Position numbers and translations under genes: made by a program. From positions 137-64,136 of IMG/VR virus record IMGVR_UViG_3300037483_000693: a stretch of 64,000 bases of DNA, one strand, 5' to 3'. Shown here one piece after another: positions 58,731 to 64,000 of this stretch. Under the pieces are notes generated by a model that did not search any database, was not told the origin of the DNA, and saw nothing but the letters and a program-made list of their open reading frames with translations. Numbering within the stretch: the stretch's first letter is position 1; each line of letters starts with the position of its first letter. This DNA comes from a virus (taxonomy: Duplodnaviria; Caudoviricetes).

Positions 58731-58948
58731 CCGGTCACCTCCACCATGGTGGCCGGACCGACCACGGCAGTCCTCCCGGCCGTCTCCCCGACAGTCAGAA
58801 CCGTCAACCGCACCCACGTCGGGTGCGCCTCGGACGGGCCCCCGGACGACGTGGCCAGCAGCCGCCCAGACCGGCCGTCCACGGTCACGGTCCGGCCGTG
58901 ATGGGCCGCCGTCAGACGGCGAGCCTCAAGTACGAGCCGGGCCATCAC
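58727..58948 (-). CDS. Hypothetical protein
   Basis: GGAGG SD; beta-rich small domain. Confidence 0.45.
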   Translation of the reverse strand: MMARLVLEARRLTAAHHGRTVTVDGRSGRLLATSSGGPSEAHPTWVRLTVLTVGETAGRTAVVGPATMVEVTG

Positions 58949-59051
58949 CTGCCTCCGATGCCCGGCGGGGGGCCGATCACGATCAGGGCGAAACCGGCCA
59001 GCATCGCCGCCAGGACCAGCGCCCGCCCGGCCGTGCGGGCGGCCCGGCCGG

Positions 59052-59339
59052 TCAACGGCCCTCCCCCTCGACCAGGTGGAGGCGCGCGGTCAGGGCGTCC
59101 AGGTCCATCGGGCACGGATCCGGGTCGCAGGCCAGCTCCGCCTCCAGGGCGGCGGCCAGGTCCCGGGCGCGGTCCCGCTCCCCACGCACCACTTCGAGGC
59201 GCTCCTCCGCATCCGCCAGAAGCAGCTCCGCCAACCGTTCCCGGCCGGACCGGACCAGCAGCGCAGCCAGGGTGAGGACGGTCAGCCCGAGCCCGCCGAG
59301 CAGCGTGCACCACACCTGCCCGACCTGGCCCGCGATCAT
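59052..59339 (-). CDS. TM plus coiled-coil protein
   Basis: N-terminal hydrophobic helix, then heptads. Confidence 0.5.
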   Translation of the reverse strand: MIAGQVGQVWCTLLGGLGLTVLTLAALLVRSGRERLAELLLADAEERLEVVRGERDRARDLAAALEAELACDPDPCPMDLDALTARLHLVEGEGR

Positions 59340-59572
59340 CGGTCGGCCCCGTCCGGGACGGCAATATGTGGGCAATGCCTCCGGACGGCCGCGACGAAGC
59401 GCACCTTGTCGCGTAGGGCGGTCGTGACGTCCCGGGCAGCATCGTCGGCAGCGTCCTGCGCCTGGTCCAGCCGGGTCCGCGCACGAGACAGCCGCTCCTC
59501 ATGCTCGGCCAGTCCCGTGTCGAACCGTTCCTGGGTGGCCACGCCGGGCTGGCCCCCTGTTGTGGTGCTCAT
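59336..59572 (-). CDS. Small coiled-coil protein
   Basis: AAGGAG SD; helical composition. Confidence 0.5.
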   Translation of the reverse strand: MSTTTGGQPGVATQERFDTGLAEHEERLSRARTRLDQAQDAADDAARDVTTALRDKVRFVAAVRRHCPHIAVPDGADR

Positions 59573-59602
59573 CAAGGGTTGCTCCTTCGGTCGGTGGGCT
59601 GG

Positions 59603-59938
59603 TCAGTCCCAGCCGCAGGCACAGTCGTGGTCGGCGCAGGTGCAGCTGTCGGGCCGGCCGCAGTCATGGGCACGGCAGCGGTCCTGCTCGTCGTGGGCGT
59701 CTCCGGAATGGGCGCAAGGGCGGCCGGTGCGGGGGCAGGGTGGCGGCTGCCAGCGGGTGCAGCAGCCGCAGTGCTCCCCGTCCTGCCCGTCCGGGCCGGG
59801 ACGCTCACACCACCGGCAGCACCGGTCGGGGTCATGGATAGTGCCGGCGGCGTGGTGGACGAGCGCGGGGATCTCGGTGTCTGTTTCGGCGGTCATGCTC
59901 GCGCCGCACCGGCAGGTTCCGGTGAGTTTCGCGGTCAC
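59603..59938 (-). CDS. Very Cys-rich protein (16 Cys in 111 aa)
   Basis: CRC, CC, CGCC, CTC and CAC clusters; GTGA coupling. Confidence 0.5.
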   Translation of the reverse strand: MTAKLTGTCRCGASMTAETDTEIPALVHHAAGTIHDPDRCCRWCERPGPDGQDGEHCGCCTRWQPPPCPRTGRPCAHSGDAHDEQDRCRAHDCGRPDSCTCADHDCACGWD

Positions 59939-60138
59939 TGGTCCTCCGGGGGTGTGACGGTGGCTTGGACGGCGGTGATGTGTTCGCAGCGCCGCTGGTC
60001 CGGGCAGGCGCGGGTCAGCGGTTCGGGGGTGCACCACCAGCCTTCGAACGGCAGCCATGCGACGCGCCATGCGTGGCGTCCGGCCTTCATGGTGGCCTGG
60101 ACGGTGGTGACCCGGGGCAGGTCCAGGCCACCAGTCAT
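59935..60138 (-). CDS. Small protein with a SWIM-like C/C/C/H motif
   Basis: WWC...AC....RCEHI. Confidence 0.45.
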   Translation of the reverse strand: MTGGLDLPRVTTVQATMKAGRHAWRVAWLPFEGWWCTPEPLTRACPDQRRCEHITAVQATVTPPEDQ

Positions 60139-60155
60139 CGGTGCCGGCTTCTGCG

Positions 60156-60254
60156 TCACGACGCCACCTCGATGTGAGCGGCGCAGTAGCCCCTGGCTCG
60201 ATAGGTCCGCGTGCATCCGTCGACCGAGCAGCGACGCTCGTCCACCTCGGTCAT
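60156..60254 (-). CDS. 32-aa isolated Zn-finger peptide (possible remnant)
   Basis: CSVDGCTR..RARGYCAAH resembles the N-terminal finger of phage HNH proteins. Confidence 0.4.
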   Translation of the reverse strand: MTEVDERRCSVDGCTRTYRARGYCAAHIEVAS

Positions 60255-60736
60255 CGCGCGCACCTCCTCGCTGCTGGGAGAACCTGAGGTGCGGAAGCCT
60301 GGGGTGCGCGGAGATACTCGCCATCCGCCGTGAGGTAGACCCATCCGCACCGCGGAAGCCAGACAGGTGCCGTGGCCGGGGTCCGGCTGGATTCGAGGAT
60401 CAGGCCGGCGGCCTTGGCTGCGGCCGGGTTGTCGTGGCACCAGTCATGGCAGGGGCGGCACAATGCCAGCCCGTTCGCGGCTTCCCACCTGCCTAGCTGG
60501 GATCGAGCCACCCGGTGCGCCCAGTCGTTCGCTTCCGACCCGCAGAACTCACACCGATCGCCGGAGCGTGCCGAGACCAGGTCCTTGGCCAGCAGCTCTT
60601 CCGGGCTCGGCCTGGCGATCGAGGTACGCAGCCGGGGCCGCGTGCGGGCCACCGGCGCCCGGCGGAGACCCGTCCGGCGCACCATGGCAGACCCCGCACG
60701 CAACGCCGCCCTCCGGGACAACGCAGCCCGCCTCAC
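60251..60736 (-). CDS. HNH endonuclease
   Basis: RCEFCG...AHRVARSQLGRW..ANGLALCRPCHDWCH. Confidence 0.8.
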   Translation of the reverse strand: MRRAALSRRAALRAGSAMVRRTGLRRAPVARTRPRLRTSIARPSPEELLAKDLVSARSGDRCEFCGSEANDWAHRVARSQLGRWEAANGLALCRPCHDWCHDNPAAAKAAGLILESSRTPATAPVWLPRCGWVYLTADGEYLRAPQASAPQVLPAARRCAR

Positions 60737-62598
60737 AGCACGCCGTCGACGACATCGACGTCCTCGACCCGGCGGCCAAGCTGGGCATCATTCGCCGCGA
60801 CCACGCAGGCGCCGCAGAACTGGCCTCGCCCGTCATCACTTGCCGCCAGGTCACAGCCCGGGAACTGGTCCCCACATCCGTCGCAGAGCCCAGTCGGGCC
60901 GTCCCTGTAGACCGCATCCGAAGCAGCATGCGCCTCCTGCTCGCTGGCCACGGGCTCGTCTCGCCTGCTCGCCGCGATCAGCACCGCGCAGTCCCGCTCG
61001 TGCACGCCGTCCTCGTCCGGCCCCTGGCAGTTGCAGACCACCGTCGCCGGATCGGCTTCGGCGTCCTTCTCGGCCTGCAACGCCCGGGCGGCCTGGATCC
61101 GCTCCAACTCCCAGGAGGACGCCTCCCAGCCGAGCGCCGCGAGCAGGTCCAGCCACCGCAGCTTCGCCCGCAACGGGCCCGGCGCCCACCACGCCGGCTT
61201 CACCAGCAGCTGCTCATCCTCGGCCGCAGCGATCGCGAGGAGGACCCGGTGCGGGTCCCGGCAGCCCGCGAGGCGGACCGCGCGCACGTCGACATCCTCG
61301 ACGTCCTCATCGGTGTCCGGGTCGACCATGCCCACCCACAACTCGGGCGTCACGTCACCGAAGTACTCGACTGCCATCGACGCGACCACGAACCGGGACA
61401 CCAACTGGACGTGCGTCCTGGGCATCTCGCCCGTCTCTGAGGTGAGCGCCAGGATGAAGGTTCCGCGGACCTGCCGGGCCGCCTCACACAGCGCCTCGTC
61501 CTCCCGGAGCTTGGCCGCCGCCTGCTCCTGCTGCTCCAGCTCGGCGGCATCCTCCTGCCGGGCCTCCATCTCGGCCAGGGACGGCACCCGGGAAACGGGG
61601 GGGCTGGCCTCAGGCTCCTCGTCGTCGCCTGCGGCATCGTCGGCCCGCTCCGGGCGGTGCAGTCCCGGCTGCAGACACAGCCACCACACACGCCCGAGCG
61701 GCTCGTTGTAGGCGACCATGCTGACCGGGTCCACCGCGGCATGTCCGGGGCAGGCGGCGTGCTCGGCCAGCTCCTCCGGCGACAGGTACCCCGAGACGCC
61801 GTGCAGGACCCGGGACAGGTCCAGGCCGTACACGGCGACGCTGGGCCGCCCCGGCTCGACCTCCACCGCGCTGTACGCGACCCGCTTGACCAGGCGGACA
61901 CCCGCACGTGTCAGCTCCGCCTGCGACTTCCGGGCCGCCTTCTCCTGGTCCCGCTCACTGCGGGCCCGCTGCAGGGTCGTCGCGAAGTCCCGGGTCCCGG
62001 CCGTCAGCGCCAACTGCGCGAGACGCCGCCTGTCGCCAGCGAACTCCGCCAGCCCGGCCGCCTCATCGAGGGTGATCTGCCGGTCCTGCACGCGGTCCCG
62101 GATCTTCTCCGGGAGCCGCGCGATCGCGGACCGGCCCCGCACCGTCGCCGGCGACCGGGACACCGCACCGGCGATCTTCTTCACGGTGTACCCGAAGGCC
62201 ATCAGCTGCTCGTACGCCTGACCTTCCTCGACGGGCGTCAGGTCGGCGCGGTGGAGGTTCTCGACCAGCATCGCGGCGAGCTGCCGGTCGGGGGTGTCGA
62301 GGTCCTCCCGCAGCAGGCACGGCACCTCCGCCAGGACGGCCAGTTGGGCTGCGGCGTACCGGCGGTGCCCGGCCAGCACCCAGTACGGGGTGCCCCCGGT
62401 CGGGGCGTGGACGATCACCAGGGGCTGGAGGACACCCACTTCGCCGATGGACGCGGCGAGGTCGGTCAGGTCGCCGAGCTGGTGGCGGGGGTTACGCGGG
62501 TGGGGGTCGATGTCGGCGAGCGCGACGCGGATCACGTCGGGGCTGTCCGGCGTGCCGCTGGAGGCGGTGGGCTTGGCGCGGGTTGCGGTGTGTGCCAT
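60733..62598 (-). CDS. parB: ParB/Spo0J-family protein (621 aa)
   Basis: NPR, LAASIGEVGVLQPLVI, VLAGHRR, ENLHRADLTPVEE, HTH; no ParA in the window. Confidence 0.88.
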   Translation of the reverse strand: MAHTATRAKPTASSGTPDSPDVIRVALADIDPHPRNPRHQLGDLTDLAASIGEVGVLQPLVIVHAPTGGTPYWVLAGHRRYAAAQLAVLAEVPCLLREDLDTPDRQLAAMLVENLHRADLTPVEEGQAYEQLMAFGYTVKKIAGAVSRSPATVRGRSAIARLPEKIRDRVQDRQITLDEAAGLAEFAGDRRRLAQLALTAGTRDFATTLQRARSERDQEKAARKSQAELTRAGVRLVKRVAYSAVEVEPGRPSVAVYGLDLSRVLHGVSGYLSPEELAEHAACPGHAAVDPVSMVAYNEPLGRVWWLCLQPGLHRPERADDAAGDDEEPEASPPVSRVPSLAEMEARQEDAAELEQQEQAAAKLREDEALCEAARQVRGTFILALTSETGEMPRTHVQLVSRFVVASMAVEYFGDVTPELWVGMVDPDTDEDVEDVDVRAVRLAGCRDPHRVLLAIAAAEDEQLLVKPAWWAPGPLRAKLRWLDLLAALGWEASSWELERIQAARALQAEKDAEADPATVVCNCQGPDEDGVHERDCAVLIAASRRDEPVASEQEAHAASDAVYRDGPTGLCDGCGDQFPGCDLAASDDGRGQFCGACVVAANDAQLGRRVEDVDVVDGVL

Positions 62599-62647
62599 CA
62601 GGTGTGTGTCCCTTCGCGATCAAGTGACGGGTGGGCGGGCGTGGCGG

Positions 62648-63382
62648 TCAGTCCCCAGCCAGGCCGATGGTTCGGGCGTCCGGGAGCCGCTCGCGGACGA
62701 TCCGCTCCCGCTCGGTCCCGGCCGAGACCACGAGCGAGACGTACGCCAGGCCGCGCTCGACCAGGAACCTCGTCATGGCGACGTCGGAATGGGCTCCCGC
62801 CTGGTCGGGGGTGGGGCCGAACCCGGCCGGGGTCACCCCGAGGTCGGCGAGCAACTCCTGGTCCAGGTCCGGGCCGGCCATCGCCGACCGCAGCGAGTCC
62901 ACGAGGAGCCCGTTCAGGTTCCCAACCTGCTCCTGGGGGTCCGTCCAGTTGATGCGGTCGCCGTCCTGCCGGTAGGCCAGGTGCACGCTGGCTGCGTCGC
63001 CGGCACGGTTGACGGCCAGCACGACCAGCGCCTCCGTGATCCAGCCCTTGGCCAGGGCGTCGTGCTGCTCGACGAGGAGCTGCATCTCGCCGCGCTCCCA
63101 CGGCTTGCCGGTCAGCGGGCTCAGCCCGCCCCGCTCGGACTTGGCCACCCACGTGTCGGTGACCAGGACCACCAGGTCGGCCCGGTAGCCGGCTGCGCAG
63201 ATCCCGGCGAGCCGGGCGGCGTGACGGCCGTCGCCCTCAGGGACGGCGGCGATGGCTATGAGGTCCCGACCGCGGTAGGGCAGCACGGTCGCCGGGAAGG
63301 CGATCCCGGCCTGGTGTGCATGTTCGAGGCAGGTCCGGGCGGGGACGGCGGCGTGGTCGAGGGATTCGCGGATCGTCGGCAT
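62648..63382 (-). CDS. Hypothetical protein
   Basis: AAGGGCGG SD; protein-like composition. Confidence 0.55.
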   Translation of the reverse strand: MPTIRESLDHAAVPARTCLEHAHQAGIAFPATVLPYRGRDLIAIAAVPEGDGRHAARLAGICAAGYRADLVVLVTDTWVAKSERGGLSPLTGKPWERGEMQLLVEQHDALAKGWITEALVVLAVNRAGDAASVHLAYRQDGDRINWTDPQEQVGNLNGLLVDSLRSAMAGPDLDQELLADLGVTPAGFGPTPDQAGAHSDVAMTRFLVERGLAYVSLVVSAGTERERIVRERLPDARTIGLAGD

Positions 63383-63385
63383 GGG

Positions 63386-63811
63386 TCACCGCCCGCCCTT
63401 CGGCATGCGGCGGGAGTCGACGAGGACCGTCGCCGAGACCAGCACCGCCCGGCCGGAAGCCCGCAGCACCGCAGCCATCTCCTCATCCCGGGCAGTCACG
63501 GCCGGGACGGCCAGGTCGGGTCCGGTCCTAGCGGTGGCCATCCAGTCGATGGCCTCCTGCCCGTGCAAGTGCAGGAACGTGACCGGCGTCAGCCTGGCCT
63601 GGCCGGTGCCGTCGATGACCGTGTCGTGCAGCTGCTGGGCCAGCTGGGCGACAGCTTCGACGGCGTCCGGGGCTGGGGTGTCGTCGGCGATCTGGGCGAC
63701 GCCGGTGCGGGAGACGGCGGTCAGGGTTCCGGCTTGGCGGGCTTGGGCCATGCGGATCGAGTGGCGCACGGACAGGGCCGGGATCGGGGCGGGGTGGGCG
63801 TTGGGGGGCAC
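63386..63811 (-). CDS. Hypothetical protein
   Basis: AAGGAAGGA SD. Confidence 0.5.
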   Translation of the reverse strand: MPPNAHPAPIPALSVRHSIRMAQARQAGTLTAVSRTGVAQIADDTPAPDAVEAVAQLAQQLHDTVIDGTGQARLTPVTFLHLHGQEAIDWMATARTGPDLAVPAVTARDEEMAAVLRASGRAVLVSATVLVDSRRMPKGGR

Positions 63812-63840
63812 GGGGTTCCTTCCTTGCGCTCTGGGGTGGT

Positions 63841-63866
63841 GCCCGGGGGCTGTGAGGCCCCCGGGC
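63841..63866. terminator. GC hairpin after the repeat gene
   Basis: GCCCGGGGGC-N6-GCCCCCGGGC; no U-tract. Confidence 0.35.
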
Positions 63867-63876
63867 CCGGGACTTC

Positions 63877-64000
63877 TTAGTAGCCGTAGCCGTAGCCGTC
63901 GCCGTAGCCGTAGCCGTCGCCGCCGCCGTAGCCGTCGCCGTAGCCGTCGCCGCCGCCGAAGCCGTAGCCGTCGCCGTCGCCGCCGCCGACGCCGTCGCCG
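63877..64000 (-). CDS. Gly/Tyr/Asp-repeat protein, 3' part (enters from the right edge)
   Basis: Reads GDGVGGGDGDGYGFGGGDGYGDGYGGGDGYGYGDGYGYGY then TAA. Confidence 0.75.
   Translation of the reverse strand, partial: GDGVGGGDGDGYGFGGGDGYGDGYGGGDGYGYGDGYGYGY

Larger units (their letters stand above)
1..64000. mobile_element. Temperate siphovirus-like actinobacterial phage (probable complete circular genome) with plasmid/conjugative-element modules
   Basis: Terminase, portal, protease, HK97-type capsid, tail, lysis, integrase and repressor genes are all present. No host housekeeping genes are seen. Both ends lie in the same gene. Confidence 0.9.

Noticed and set aside
1-64000. tRNA, rRNA or structured ncRNA genes
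   Set aside because: No cloverleaf with an intact GTTCRA T-loop and no rRNA-like segment noticed by eye. A tRNAscan/Infernal run is needed to exclude them.

Overview
A very GC-rich actinobacterial temperate tailed-phage genome, probably complete or nearly so and circular. Both window ends fall inside the same Gly/Tyr/Asp-repeat gene and join in frame. Modules from left to right: (1) replication and recombination: an HTH initiator carrying iterons and a DnaA box, a CbbX/SpoVK/EccA-type AAA+ ATPase and a Bet/RecT annealase; (2) a cro/repressor switch followed by a short tyrosine integrase; (3) a six-gene operon containing ibrA-GNAT-ibrB; (4) about 13 kb resembling an actinomycete conjugative element: GntR/Kor, Xis-like HTH, res plus resolvase, TraB-type FtsK translocase, clt-like repeats and Spd-like membrane proteins; (5) a dif-like XerCD site where the two main transcription directions converge; (6) a GH63-like glycosidase spike, lysis, tail, head and portal genes; (7) terminase; (8) many small genes, a DEDDh exonuclease, an HNH nuclease and ParB. 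The most striking feature is a 304-aa intein in TerL with no endonuclease in its own frame. A Vsr/DUF559-like endonuclease gene, with its own Shine-Dalgarno and start codon, lies entirely antisense inside it. All family assignments come from reading motifs by eye; no database searches were run, and start codons are best estimates.
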